Assembly: GCF_009914755.1 (NCBI RefSeq) | Contig: NC_060926.1 | Origin: the human T2T-CHM13v2.0 reference genome, Homo sapiens | Direction: 5' to 3' (one strand) | Length of the DNA: 64,000 nt | In this document: positions 34,861-49,750 of the stretch, in pieces | Position numbering within the stretch: position 1 is the stretch's first letter | Layout: each line of letters starts with the position of its first letter | Notes under the pieces: model-generated | Seen by the model: only the letters and a program-made list of their open reading frames with translations | Told to the model about the DNA's origin: nothing | Databases searched by the model: none | Translations under genes and position numbers: made by a program

Positions 34861-34866
34861 AATAAA
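34861..34866 (+). terminator. AATAAA at the position of the L1 major antisense polyadenylation site
   Basis: gaatagttccacAATAAAcatacatgtg in antisense ORF2 3' end, followed by GT/T-rich sequence. Confidence 0.5.
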
Positions 34867-36184
34867 CATACATGTGCATGTGTCTTTATAGTATAATGAT
34901 TTATAGTCCTTTGAGTATATACCCAGTAATGGGATGGCTGGGTCAAATGGTATTTCTAGTTCTAGATCCTTGAGGAATCACCACACTGTCTTCCACAATG
35001 GTTGAACTAGTTTACAATCCCACCAACAGTGTAAAAGTGTTCCTGTTTCTCCACATCCTCTCCAGCACCTGTTGTTTCCTGACTTTTTAATGATCGCCGT
35101 TCTAACTGGTGTGAGATGGTATCTCATTGTGGTTTTGATTTGCATTTCTCTGATGACCAGTGGATGATGAGCATTTTTTCATGTGTCTGTTGGCTGCATA
35201 AATGTCTTCTTTTGAGAAGTGTCTGTTCATTTCCTTTGCCCACTTTTTGATGGGGTTGTTTGATTTTTTCTTGAAAATTTGCTTAAGTTCTTTGTAGATT
35301 CTGGGTATTAGCTCTTTGTCAGATGGGTAGATTGCAAAAATTTTCTCCCATTCTGTAGGTTGCCAGTTCACTCTGATGGTAGTTTCTTTTGCTGTGCAGA
35401 AGCTCTTTAGTTTAATTAGATCCCATTTGTCAATTTTGGCTTTTGTTGCCAAAATTGTTTTAGTCATGAAGTCTTTGCCCGTGCCTATGTCCGGAATGGT
35501 ATTGCCTAGGTTTTCTTCTAGGGCTTTCATGGTTTTAGGTCTAACATTTAAGTCTTTAATCCATCTTGAATTAATTTTTGTATAGGTATAAGGAAGGGAT
35601 CCAGTTTCAGCTTTCTACATATGGCTAGCCAGTTTTCCCAGCACGATTTATCAAATAGGGAATCCTTTCCGTGTTCCTTGTTTTTGTCAGGTTTGTCAAA
35701 GATCAGATGGTTGTAGATGTGTGATGTCATTTCTGAGGCCTCTGTTCTGTTCCATTGGTCTATCTCTCTGTTTTGGTACCAGTACCATGCTGTTTTGGTT
35801 ACTGTAGCCTTGTAGTATAGTTTGAAGTCGGGTAGCATGATTCCTCCAGCTTTGTTCTTTTTGCTTAGGATTGCCTTGGCAATGGAGGCTCTTTTTTAGT
35901 TCCATATGGACTTTAAGGGAGTTTTTTCCAATTCTGTGAAGAAAGTCATTGGTAGCTTGATGGAGATGGCATTGAATCTATAAATTACCTTGGGCAGTAT
36001 GGCCATTTTCACAATATTGATTCTTCCTATCCATGAGCATGGAATGTTCTTCCATTTGTTTGTGTCCTCTTTTATTTCGTTGAACAGTGGTTTGTAGTTC
36101 TCCTTGAAGAAGTCCTTCACATCCCTTGTAAGTTGTATTCCTAGGTATTTTATTCTCTTTGTAGCAATTGTGAATGGGAGTTCA

Positions 36185-36379
<195 letters not shown>

Positions 36380-36854
36380 TCAAATACCCTTTATTTCTTT
36401 ATCTTGTCTGATTGCCCTGGCCAGAACTTCCAACACTCTTGAATAGGAGTGGTGAGAGAGGGCATCCCTGTCTTGTGGGAGTTTTCAAAGGGAATGCTTC
36501 CAGTTTTTGCCCATTCAGTATGATATTGGCTGTGAGTTTGTCATAAATAGCTCTTATTATTTTGAGATACATCCCATCAATACCTAATTTATTGAGAGTT
36601 TTTAGCATGAAGGGCTGTTGAATTTTGTTGAAGACCTTTCTGCATCTATTGAGATAATCATGTGGTTTTTGTCTTTGGTTCTGTTTATGTGATGGATTAC
36701 ATTTATTGATTTGTGTATGTTGAACCAGCCTTGCATCCCAGGGATGAAGCCCACTTGATCTTGGTGGATAAGCTTTTTGATGTGCTGCTGGATTCAGTTT
36801 GCCAGTATTTCATTGAGGATTTTTGCATCGATGTTCATCAGGGATATTGGTCTA

Positions 36855-36956
<102 letters not shown>

Positions 36957-37468
36957 TTAGTTTCAGAAGGAATGGTACCAGCTCCTCTTTGTACCTCTGG
37001 TAGAATTTGACTGTGAATCCGTCTGGTCCTGGACTTTTTTTGATTGGTAGGCTATTAATTATTGCCTCAATTTCATAGTCTGTTATTGGTCTATTCAGGG
37101 ACTCAACTTCTTCCTGGTTTAGTCTTGGGAGAGTGTGTGCGTCCAGGAACTTACCCATTTCTTCTAGATTTTCTAGTTTATTTGCATAGAGGTGTTTATA
37201 GTATTCTCTGATTGTAGTTTGTATTTCTGTGTGATCATTGGTGATATCCCCTTTATCATTTTTTATTGCATCTGTTTGATTCTTCTCTTCTTTATTAGTC
37301 TTGCTAGCGGTCTATCAATTTCATTGATCTTTTCAAAAAACAGCTCCTGGATTCATTATTATTATTTTATTTTTGAAGGGTTTTTTATGTCTCTATCTCC
37401 TTCAGTTCTGCTCTGATCTTAGTTATTTCTTGCCTTCTGCTAGCTTTTGAATGTGTTTGCTCTTGCTA

Positions 37469-37651
<183 letters not shown>

Positions 37652-39537
37652 TTATTTACCCGGTACTCATTCAGGAGCAGGTTGTTCAGTTTCCATGTAG
37701 TTGTGCAGTTTTGAGTGAGTTTCTTAGTCCTGAGTTCTAATTTGATTGCACTATGGTCTGAGAGACGGTTTGTTGTGATTTCTGTTCTTTTACATTTGCT
37801 GAGGAGTGCTTTATTTCCGGCTATGTGGTCAATTTTGGAATAAGTGTGATGTGGTGCTGAGAAGAATGTATATTCTGTTGATTTGGGGTGGAGAGTTCTG
37901 TAGATGTCTATTAGGTCCACTTGGTGCAGAGCTGAGTTCAAGTCCTGGCTATCCTTGTTAACCTTCTGTCTCATTGTTCTGTCTAATATTGACAGTGGGG
38001 TGTTAAAGTCTCCCATTATTATTGTGTGGGAGTCTAAGTCTCTTTGTAGGTCTCTAAGGACTTGCTTTATGAATCTGGGTGCTCCTGCATTGGGTGCATA
38101 TATATTTAGGATAGTTAGCTCTTCTTGTTGTATTGATCCCTTTACCATTATGTAATGGCCTTCGTTGTCTCTTTTGATCTCTGTTGGTTTAAAGTCTGTT
38201 TTATCAGAGACTAGGATTGCAACCCCTGCTTTTTTTTGCTTTCCATTTGCTTGGTAGATCTTCCTCCATCCCTTTATTTTTGAGCCTGGGGGTTGCTCTT
38301 CTCAAGGAGTATCTTTGTGGTGTTCTCTGTATTTCCTGAATTTGAATGTTGGCGTGCCTTGCTAGGTTGGGGAAGTTCTCCTGGATAATATCCTGAAGAG
38401 TGTTTTTCAGCTTGGTTACATTGTCCCCATCACTTTCAGGTATACCAATCAAATGTAGATTTGGTCTTTTCACATAGTCCCATATTTCTTGGAGGCTTTG
38501 TTCGTTTCTTTTTACTCTTCTTTCTCTAAACTTCTCTTCTCGCTTCATTTCATTCATTTGATCTTCAATCACTGATTCCCTTTCTTCCACTTGATCAAAT
38601 TGGCTACTGAAGCTTGTGCATGCATCATGTAGTTCTCGTGCCATGATTTTCAGCTCCATCAGGTCATTTAAGGTCTTCTCTATACTGGTTATTCTAGTTA
38701 GCCATTCGTCTAATCTTTTTTGAAGGTTTTTAGCTTCCTTGCAATGGGTTTGAACATCCTCCTTTAGCTTGGAGAAGTTTGTTATTACTGACTTTCTGAA
38801 GCCTACTTCTGTCAACTAGTCAAAGTCATTCTCCGTCCAGCTTTTTTCCATTTCTGGTAAGGAGCTGCATTCCTTTGGAGGAGAAGAGGCATTCTGGTTT
38901 TTAGAATTTTCAGCTTTTCTGCTCTGGTTTCTTACCATCTTTGTGGTTTATCTACCTTCAGTCTTTGATGATGGTGACCTACAGATGGGGTTTTGGTGTG
39001 GATGTCCTTTTTGTTGATGTTGATGCTATTCCTTTCTGTTTTTTAGTTTTCCTTCTAAGAGTCAGGTCCCTCAGCTGCAGGTCTGTTGGAGTTTGCTGGA
39101 GGTTCACTACAGACCCTGTTTGCCTGGGTATCACCAGCAGAGGCTGCAGAACAGCAAATATTGCAGAACAGCAAATATTGCTGCCTGATCCTTCTTCTGG
39201 AAGCTTCATCTCGGAGGAGCACCCAGCTGTATGAGGTGTCAGTTGGCCCCTACTGGGAGGTGTCTGCCAGTAAGGCTACATGGGGGTCAGGGACCCACTT
39301 GAGGAGGCAATCTGTCCATTCTCAGAGCTCAAACACTGTACTGGGAGAACCACTGCTCTCTTCAGAGCTGTCAGACAGGGACGTTTAAGTCTGCAGAAGT
39401 TTCTGCTGCCTTTTTTTCAGCTGTGCCCTTCCCCCAGAGGAGGAGTCTACAGAGGCAGGCAGGCCTCCTTGAGCTGCGGTGGACTCCACACAGTTCGAGC
39501 TTCCCGGCTGCTTTGTTTACCTACTCAAGCCTCAGCA

Positions 39538-39801
39538 ATGGTGGATGCCCCTCCCCCAGCTAGGCTGCCACCTTGCAGCTCGATCTCGGACTGCTGTGCT
39601 AGCAGTGAGCAAGGCTCTGTGGGAGCGGGACCCGCTGAGCCAGGTGCAGGATATAATCTCCTGGTGTGCCGTTTGCTAAGACAGTTGGAAAAGTGCAGTG
39701 TTAGGGTGGTAGTGTCCCGATTTTCCAGGTACAGTCTGCCACGGCTTCCCTTGGCTAGGAAAGGGAATTCCCCTACCCCTTGTACTTCCTGGGTGAGGTG
39801 A
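39538..39801 (+). CDS. L1 ORF0 (antisense 5'UTR ORF), open for 87 aa; expression unknown
   Basis: gcaATGG Kozak; MVDAPPPARLPPCSSISDCCASSEQGSVGAGPAEPG... aligns by eye with ORF0 MAGAPPPASLPPCSLISDCCASNQRDSVGVGPSEPG; donors after 39643, 39728 and 39792. Confidence 0.55.
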   Translation: MVDAPPPARLPPCSSISDCCASSEQGSVGAGPAEPGAGYNLLVCRLLRQLEKCSVRVVVSRFSRYSLPRLPLARKGNSPTPCTSWVR

Positions 39802-42184
39802 TGACCTGCCCTGCTTTGGCTTGCCCTCTGTGGGCTGCATCCACTGTCCACCCAGTCCCAGCTGAGATGAACCAGGCACCTCAGTTGGAAATGCAGAAAT
39901 CACCTGTCTTCTGTGTCAGTCACGCTGCGGGCTGAAGACTGGAGCTGTTCCTATTCAGCCATCTTGGAACCCTACCCCATGTTCGAGTTGAGACTTTTTT
40001 TGAGGAAACATTAGGCATTTGACATGGGGGTGACCACCTGGTTCATGTAGGGTTCTCCTCTGTGCTTGGCTCAAATGAGATCTCAGCTGACCCTGAAGTC
40101 AGGGAAAGGCTGAACCCATCCCCTGTATTACTCCCTGGTTTCCTTCCAGAGAAACCTCCTATTCTCCGTTCTCATCTTTGAAGTCCTGGTGGGGAAGGCA
40201 GCAGGTCTTCTGGAGCTCCTCATTAAACAGACTTAGGAGGAGGAGAGGCCTCCACCCAGCCTCGGCACGCACAAACCTGTTAGCACCCTGGTGCCCTGCC
40301 AAGGTGGTTTTTTTGGCCCAAACGTGACTGCACATGATCCCGTTCTTTCTGGCAGTGAAGCCCGGCAGGATTGACTTGGGCAGGAGCCTAGTTGGTGGTG
40401 TGTTTGAACATGGAGAGCACCCTTGAAAACGAATGTTCTCCAGGACGTGTAGCAGTGAAAAGGACACTTCCCAGGGAGATAGGCTCTGGGTCAGTCACAG
40501 GAGCTCCTTGTTGGAATCTTTCAATGAGCAAGCGTGCATGGAGCATCTGCTTCTGCTTGTGATGAGAGTGAGAGCGGGAGGGTGGTGGATGACACCAGGG
40601 AAGACCAGCCCTGGAGAGACTGGTAGGAGGGGAGCTCAGGCAGAACGAAGCCAGTGCTGCAACTCAGAGGCCAACCAGGTGTTCTGAGCACAGAGAAAGG
40701 GCTGGCAAGATTCCGTGGGGGGTGGCGTGGGCATGCAGGTGATATTTGAGCTGTACCTGGAGGATGACTAATTTCCAGAGAGAGAGGGGGTTTCAGGTTG
40801 AGGGAAGAGAAAGAGCAAAGGTGTGAAGTTGAGTGGTGTGTTTGGGAATGGTGAATTTCGTAGAAACCTGGGACTCCTGAGGGGTGAGGCAGGAGATAGG
40901 GGAAGGAGGTGCTTAGGAGGACTTCAGCATGCTAAGGGTTTGAGAGAGGTTCTTGGCATGTTATCTTAAACCTTTAAAACATTTCGTTGTGGACTGGGCT
41001 GTAAACCTATTAGCATCACATAAACAGAAAACCTGAGATAGTGGTGGTAAACCGGATGCATCTAGTACCTTGCTTAAGAGCAGGTGCTTCTCAGTTGATG
41101 TCCTGACTCAGCTTGGATAGTGAGCATCTGAGGAAGGAATGGATTCTCTTGGTTTTGCCAATCCCCGGTCACTCTGCTTTTACTGGGCTTGACAGTATGT
41201 CCATGTGATGTCTTTTTCTCCATTACTGCTGCTTTGGGATTTTTGGGGAGGTCAGAGCTGGTGTTGATAAACTCTGTGCCTCTCGTCTCATAGGGAAGAG
41301 TGCTGACGGGTTTTCTTTTTTCCAGTTCTTTTGCCAGCTTTCTATGGTCATCTTCTTGGGAGGAACTTACGGGCATCCCTGAGTGAGGGAGACAACCACT
41401 CTCTGTTGCAAGCAAGTGGCATGTGGGGTGAGGAGAGTTGAGACCAGGGACGTGCTCATAGGGAATCCATGCTTTGACAGGCCAGGTATTCGAGGTATGC
41501 TATTCTTGGTAAATTTTGAGGGCTCTGAAAGTAAATCAGATTTCTTCAAAGAAACTTAAAGTAAATCATTATCTTACTGTGTTAAAGCACTCTTACTAAT
41601 AACATGCGTGCTTTAGTGCACTCTTTTGAAGCTTTCCTAATTTTATTGACTTGTGCCCATTTTAGAATTTTGGATCCCTTTTTTATGGTGTCTAGCACAG
41701 TACTTTTCCATTGAAAACATTTAATATATGTTGATTGAATGGCTTAGTATCTTTGTTTACAGTTTAAGTACAGTTGTCAGAAGTATAACTGATAAAATTT
41801 TCACATTTTTAATAAAGTCAGACTGGCTGTCTCATCCGTATCATTTTCATTCTTCTACTCCTTATTCCCCGTGAAAAACTTCTTAAAGTTTAATGACAAG
41901 GCTCCTTATCGCTCCTGGAAGACAAATAAGGAAACATTTACAGGTTGCCTTACCTCAAATGCTCTTCATAGATTGGCTTTTTGGGGTCATGTCAGTTAAA
42001 GCTGACATAGGTTCTGCCTCTTGCCCGTTCTACAGACTGTCCTGTTAACTTACTCTGAGTTGTCATCCCTCTTCTTCCCCTGGGTTTCAAGGAGGATTTT
42101 CTAGTTGTGTGGCTTTAGGAACTTGGGGAAACTTGCTAACCGTGTGCTGAGATCTCCCTGTATTGTAGTCTTATATGTAAGTTA

Positions 42185-42549
<365 letters not shown>

Positions 42550-43226
42550 TCATCTTTTTATTTGCATTCTGTCTCCAATGCCTAGCATCTAGTAGGACTC
42601 AGATACTCCCTCTTTTAAGAAAGAGACCTGGCTGAGAATGGTGCCTCCAATCCCATCTTAAGTGAGCACAGCTTGGAAGACTGGCTATTTATGCCTAGCT
42701 GTGCACAGTGGAGGCAGCAAGCAGGAGTCCCCAAGACATCCAGGACCAAATGGCTGACTGGGGGCATTGGAGACACCGGCTCGCTTCTCCATGGGTGTTG
42801 GAAATACTGCCCCAAGGGGATGGGGGTCAAGATAAAAGGAGCTTCCAAATTGCTGTGAGTTCTTGAAATGTCTATGAGATGTGCCCATGTACTCTGCCAT
42901 CTGTTTTGTGTGACTTGCCAGCAGGATTTCATTTTCTGCATTCAGTTCTCCTGCCACACCCTGCTATCCATGAGGAATGCAGTGGCCTTGTTGCTCCCCA
43001 GAACTTTGCGGGATCCTGCCAAAAGGCGGAGCTTCTCCACAGGGGCAGGGCAGCAGAGTACATATCACAATTCCTGTGAAGCTTTAAAAATTAGGATACT
43101 GGGACTCACTTGAGGAGTGCTGAACTAGAATTAGGGGGAGGAGGAGTCCCTGCTGTGTTGTTGTTGTTGTTTTAAAGTTCCACAAGAGGTGATAGTGTAT
43201 ATCATGAAGTAAGATAGCCACATATG

Positions 43227-43494
<268 letters not shown>

Positions 43495-44479
43495 TAAGAT
43501 AGCCAGATATGATAAAGAGTTTAAAGGATACATAAAATTAGTTACCAGAAGATCCGAAGAAATTGTCTGCTTAAATTCAGTGATGCATACAAAGAGTGAG
43601 TAGTATTTTTGGAGGAATATATTTCAGAAGCCTCAGATCTTCAAATTTTTTTGCTTTATATTAATGACAATTCTATAATAGTCATTAATATTTGAGATAT
43701 GTAACTTTTGAAAAATATTTGTATGGGGAGTAAACTTATAAACCTCTTTCTTAGCCTGAGCCGACGTTTAGGGGAACTTTTTTGAATTCCACTGACCTGT
43801 TTAACCAGTTGACACTGCCAACCCAAACATTCCCTTGTGCCATAATTCATATCGTAAAACTATTTTATAATTTTCACTTAAAATTGCATGCGATAGCATT
43901 TTCTATGATGCTAACATGACAAAGAACAAGAAAAATGACATGGAAGAGGAATTTACTAAATTCAACCAGAGTTTAGGCTTACTGAGAAATCCAGGTGGAA
44001 ATCTGCTTAAATGGCATTTTACAATAGATTTGCGTATTGAAACCAAGCCTTTCTTCCTGTGGTAACACGTTTCTCAAAGTAACATTGAAATAGCAATTTA
44101 AGTGTATTGCCCATAGAGATTTATCAGAAAGGAAATTTATTTAGAAAGTTGTGGGTTTTTTTTTTCCCCCTTCAGTTTTCGTTTGGCAGAGAATTCACTA
44201 ATTTTTCTCCTTCCCTGGGACCAACTTTAGAAAATAGATAGGAACTTAATAGCAAAAATCATGTTAAATGGTTTTGTGGTTTTAGACTGCGTCTCTCTTT
44301 TGCAAATTCCTTTTCTGTGAAAGAAAACCTTGCAACACATTGCTATTTGACATTTTATTAATTTGGTGGGTTTGAGGGAGAAGGGTGAGTTTCAGTTTTG
44401 AAGTTAAAGAATTTTACAATTTAGGAGGGACTGACCCTACAGATGGCCTGTCTCCTGGTTTCCTTCGCCTCAATAGAAA

Positions 44480-45420
44480 CTGCCCTTGTCGACGTCCCAA
44501 ATGGCCTCTGATCATTGAAGCCTGTTGTCACTTGTTAGTCCTTGACATGACTTTTCCTGTAGTATTTGATTCTGCTGATCATTCCTCATCAAAGCTGTCT
44601 CTTCTGGTTCCTATGCACCATTCTTTTCTTTTCTTTACTTTTTTTTTTTTTTTTTGAGGCAGGGTCTAGCTTTGTCACCCAGGCTAGAGTGCAGCGGCAC
44701 AATCTCGGCTCATTGCAACCTCTGCCTCCTTGGGCTCAAGCGATCCTCCCACCTCAGACCCTCAAATAGCTAGGAGTACAGGCGCGAGGCACCAGGCCTG
44801 GCTAATTTTTTTTGTATTTTTTGTGGAGACGGGTTTTCACCATGTTACCCAGGCTGGTCTCAAACTTCTGAGTTCTAGCGATCCACTTGCCTCGGCCTCC
44901 CCAAAATGCTGGGATTACAGGCATGAACCATGGTGCCCCGCCCCTTTGCACCATACTCGACTGCTTTGTTTTTGCTTCTTTAATTTCCTCTTAGGTCCTG
45001 CTGTATCTGCCCTTATGTTCCTGGTTCATCCTTGGTGGTTTTCTTTTAGTCTGCTCAGCCTTTTTGGGGGAGACCTCAATAATTCTGTGGCTTCAGCCAC
45101 CATCCACACTTCATGGACCCCCCAGGTCTCTCTGAATTCATCCTCCTCTTAGACAATCTTTTGGACATTTCTGCTTGGATGACTCATAGGTACTTTTAAA
45201 TCAGGATATCCAAACTGAACTCATTTCCCCCCCCCCAGTTATTGCCTGCTTCCTGCTCCCCACTCCAAACCACTCACCCCACGCTTGTCTGCTTTTCCCA
45301 TTTTGGTCATTGGCACTACTTTCTACCCTGTCACTCAAGCCAGAAATTTGTGATTCATCCTTCAGCCCTCCCTCAGCCCCATTTTAAAATTGCTGATTAC
45401 ATTTTATCTTAATTTCCTAA
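44480..45420 (+). mobile_element. L2 LINE fragment split by an AluJ
   Basis: ggacatttctgcttggatg...ccaaactgaactc and tcactcaagccagaaa motifs. Confidence 0.65.
44637..44943 (-). mobile_element. Alu (AluJ-like)
   Basis: Reverse dimer; TSD tgcaccat. Confidence 0.9.
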
Positions 45421-45455
45421 ATAAAGAAGGAAAACGCAAACTTAAGTCATTCCAC

Positions 45456-45895
45456 CGTGAAAGAAAAATATCTTGGGCCCCCAAATCGCTAAAGCTAAAA
45501 GAAAATTCAAGCTGGGAACTACTTAGGGCAAAGCTGCCTCTGATTCTATTCAAAGCCATCCCTCTGCTCACTGAGATAAATGCATATCTCATTGCCTCCT
45601 TTGGAAAGGCTAATCAGAAACTCAAAAGAATGCAACAGTTGGTCTCCCACCTGTGACCTGGAAGCCCCCTCCCCATTTCCAGTTGTCCTGCCTTTCCAGA
45701 CAGAACCAATGTTCATTTTACATATATTGATTGATGTCTCATGTTTCCCTAAAATGTATAAAACCAAGCTGTGCTCTGACCACTTTGGGCACATGTCATC
45801 AGGACCTCCTGAGGCTGTCTGAAGGGCATGCATCCTCAACCTTGGCAGAATAAACTTTCTAAATTGAGACCTGTCTCAAATTTTGGGACTTCACA
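45456..45895 (+). mobile_element. Solo LTR MER4A1 (ERV1)
   Basis: gtgaaagaaaaatatcttgggcccccaaatc...ggctaatcagaaactcaaaagaatgcaac...AATAAA 45849-45854...ttcaca; 4-bp TSD ccac. Confidence 0.88.
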
Positions 45896-46814
45896 CCACT
45901 AACATTTAATTATAAATGTTTAAAACTCATCACTGGGCCTATATAAACAAGTGTAATAATACAACACATTAGTGACCATTTCTATAATATATGTTTCATG
46001 CTAGGTATAGTCCTACAAACTTGTCATGTTTTATTTCTGATTTTTTTTCACAGCTATTCTGAGGGATGTCATGCTCTGTTACAAGTGAGGAATCTAGGGT
46101 CAGAGAGCTTGTGTCCAGGCCCAGGGGCACAGGGCAAGGAAAGCACAGTATAGTTGGGGTTTAGACCACATGGGCTGGTGTTGGTTGACCTGACCCCAAC
46201 ACCTTTGCCTTTGGTATCATGCCACCTTGTTTTGAGTTGTTTCTATAATGCCACAGCACTGTTGTAGATATCTGGCAAGTAGATTGGCTTTGGGGGGCAG
46301 TAACTGGTCTTGTTCGTATTTGAATCTGTTAACGTATATTTTTTCTTACAATTAGTGGTAAAGACATGACTCTTGATGGTCCATGTTGTCTGTGGCTTCG
46401 TCTGGATACCAGCCCTGGCTCTTCCGTGAACTGTCTATTAGCTGGGTGGCCTGAGACAAGGACAGTAGGATCATGCTGCTCGCCCTCAGAGGGTTTTTAT
46501 GAGGAGGAAATGGAATGCCGTACAGGAAAGTGCTTTCAAATTCAGGGCATTTTTGAAAAGTTGTGTTCAATTGTGGGAATTGATCATTTGCTGGCTTACA
46601 TGAGCCCTCTTTTTTTATAAACGACAATGTGAACATAGAAATTTTCCTGGATTTCTGATGTTAATGCTGATCATTCTTGCACAGGCAGAAAAGGCAAGAA
46701 ACGACCTTGTTTATAGCACATATAGACCTAAATTTTGTTAGTCCTTAGTAAAACTAGTTTAGAACAGGTAAGGATATGATCTACAAAAATCATACAGAAC
46801 CTTTTTGGGTATAG

Positions 46815-46982
<168 letters not shown>

Positions 46983-47490
46983 TAAATTGCTCTTGGGAGC
47001 ATGGATGGACTTTTGTGCTGTACCACAATGAACTGTAAATTGAGACCTGGCTGTTTTATATTTTGTTTCCTCATAGGTCCCTCCTTTTGCCCTGTTCTGA
47101 AAAGGAAATGCTCCTTTTTCTTCATAGGTCTCCCTCTTCCATCATATTTGGTTTTTAGAGTGTGTCTAAGGAGAGGGCCCTTTTAATACATAGATAAACT
47201 CAATCTATTATTGTGGAATTTAGAAATTGTTTAATTTTCAAAGTCTTGGTTTCTTATAAAATTGTCCTGTAAATTTAGGGGCAGTGCTGTGTATTTTGCA
47301 GTTGTTTTGACTGAACTTGACAGACTGTGACTCACAGTAGGTCCTTGGCAGTTGGTAGCCATTACCATCCAAACTTAGTTATCAGAGACCTAAATGTTCA
47401 GATTTTACAAGGGTTACATTGGTTTATGTTAGGATTCAAGAAGAATTTATGTAAGTGTTGTAGAAAGGGAGGGAGGAGAGTGTATAATAA

Positions 47491-47630
47491 CAGTGGTTCC
47501 TGGGAGTGTGGACCATGAGGGACTGCTTCATCATCAGCAGGGTAGCTGTACCCCAGACCTAAAGAACCGTCCAGGGTGGGGTCCAGCAGCCTGCCTCTTA
47601 ACAAGTCCCCCAGGTAACTCTGATGCACTT
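47491..47630. mobile_element. MER5A-type fossil
   Basis: cagtggttcc... taacaagtcccccaggtaactctgatgcac. Confidence 0.6.
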
Positions 47631-48174
47631 AACTGGCCTAACGTTACAGGTTTCAGCCTGAAGTCCACCCAAGAGATAGTGAGGACCTCCCCAGAGTGGT
47701 GGAAGCGAATGGAGGGGAGTCAGGACTGGTGAGACGGAGACCTGTTTGGCTGTTTACCAGACACGGAAGGGAGGCCATGAGAAAGAGGAGGGGCTTTGAG
47801 TCTCGTGAACTAAAAAGGATGGTGCTTTATCAGCAGGAACCTGGACCCAGACTAGTGAGTGGGTTTTGGAAGTGGGGAGAGGAAGATGGGTTTAGTTTTG
47901 GACATGTTGAGGTATGTGAGCCAGGGCTGATGACGGCAAGTTGGAAATAAAGTAGTGTAACTGTAGCACAGATAAAGAATGGAGAAACAGATTTGTGACT
48001 TGCCTGCATACAGGCAGCAGTTGAAGTGGGTATTCTGGTCATTTTTCCAAGGATGATAGCACAGAGAAAGAGACCCAAGAATAGACTGATATGGGATTGG
48101 GTGCTTGGGAGTGCAGCATTTGTTTCTCTTTCAGAAGAGTAAGTCAAAATGCTTAGGAATACATAGTGACATAA

Positions 48175-48442
48175 TTTTTTTTGTTTAAGAGCCTCACTCT
48201 GTTATCTAGGCTCAAGTGCAATGGCATGATTAGAGCTCATTGCAGCCTCGAACACCTGGGCTCAAATGAGCCCACCTCAGCCCCGCAAAGTACTGTGACT
48301 ACAGGCATGTGCCACCACTCCCAGCTAATTAAAAAAAAATTTTTTTTGTAGAAACAAAGACTCACACTCCTGGACTCAAGTGATTCTCCTACCTTGGCCT
48401 CCCAAAGTGTTGATTACAGGTGTGAGCCACCACACCCAGCCT
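48175..48442 (-). mobile_element. Alu (AluJ-like, deleted)
   Basis: Reverse dimer lacking part of the left arm. Confidence 0.85.
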
Positions 48443-48639
48443 GTGATATAGTTTTAAATTAAACCAGGTTATCAGAACAGCGTTGCAGTTTTGCCATTTA
48501 GCTTTAGGCCCCATGCTGTGTAACAGAGACTTGTTCTTGAATGTCATTTTATCTGGAAATCCAAGGCTTAGGGTGCCAAGGCATGGTTTTAGTGCATGTT
48601 TTTCTTGCAAAGGAAGAAGTGGAATGAGGTGTTAAGAGC

Positions 48640-48748
48640 TAAGGTGTGACCTAGAGCAGGCTGCTGAGATTCTCTAAGTCTCAGTTTCCTTATCTGTCAA
48701 AAGAGGATAATTATAGTTCCCACCTGGTGGTTGTGAGGACTAAACAGG
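48640..48748 (+). mobile_element. MIR SINE fragment
   Basis: ctcagtttccttatctgtcaaaagaggataat...ggttgtgaggactaaa. Confidence 0.7.
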
Positions 48749-49704
48749 AGGTTGTCTGTGAAATAAGTTTCTCTACCTCTGCCATTGCTTTTGTGGTTGG
48801 TTGCTGGATTTGTGAAGTAAAGGTCTTCCATTTGTATCGATAAATCTTCCATTTGTATTGATTTATGATATGAGGATTATAAAAAGTGATGTCAATTGGA
48901 GATGAATGCAGTTTTATAGTTTTTAGTGAATTATCAGTACATTGAAATATGGGCTTTGTTAGGTTTGTGAGAAGGCAAAAGAGAGTTGGCTTGAGAAGTT
49001 TTACTGCATAAAAACAAGAATCAGATATTTTAAAAATTATTTTATATCCAGCTTTGTTGCAGACTGACATATTTTGCTGTACCAGGAAGATGTTTTGCTG
49101 AGACCATGAAAACTTAGTACATCTGTGCAACATCTTCATTATATCTACAACAATTTTACATCCACCGTCTCTAATTCAAAGCCATTCAAGAAACATGTGT
49201 CTTGTTTTCCACTGGGTTCTAATTGGGCTGTTTTTCCTTAGTGGGAGACATTTGGACCACACACTTACATTTAGGAAATAACTTGGTAACTGGGCTACAT
49301 GTACAAGAGTGTATAAAGAATGTTCTCATTGTGGAAAAAGTAGCTTCTGCAACTCCCTATTCCTCCCCAAGAAAAGAAAGCTGTGTGTATGTATGTGTGC
49401 ATGTGTTTTCTGTGCTGCGTCACAATAGTGACTTTTGTTCTTTAGGTCTGAGATGTTTCATACTAAGAGAAATGATGACAGAATCAGTGATCAAAGGTTT
49501 CACTGCAGAGTTACTAAGAGCTTTAATTGAATCTTTCACTGGGTTTTAGAGGAAAAACATCTGATGTTCATACATGGCGCGTAACATACCTTCAAGTATA
49601 AGGCTTAAACTTCATAGGTTTGATTAGTTTTATGGGACCCCTACAAATAACATGTCATATCCACCCATAGGAATTAGCTCTAATTCAAAATTTAGTTGAA
49701 GTGG

Positions 49705-49708
<4 letters not shown>

Positions 49709-49744
<36 letters not shown>
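49709..49744. repeat. (TG)18 microsatellite
   Basis: Read directly. Confidence 0.97.

Positions 49745-49750
<6 letters not shown>

Noticed and set aside
39145-39182. Tandem gcagaacagcaaatatt duplication
   Set aside because: I recall it as a feature of this L1PA subfamily's 5'UTR, not locus-specific.
48824-48865. 21-bp imperfect tandem duplication (also a 16-bp x2 at 59271-59302)
   Set aside because: Ordinary slippage duplications; two units and no spacers, so not a CRISPR-like array.
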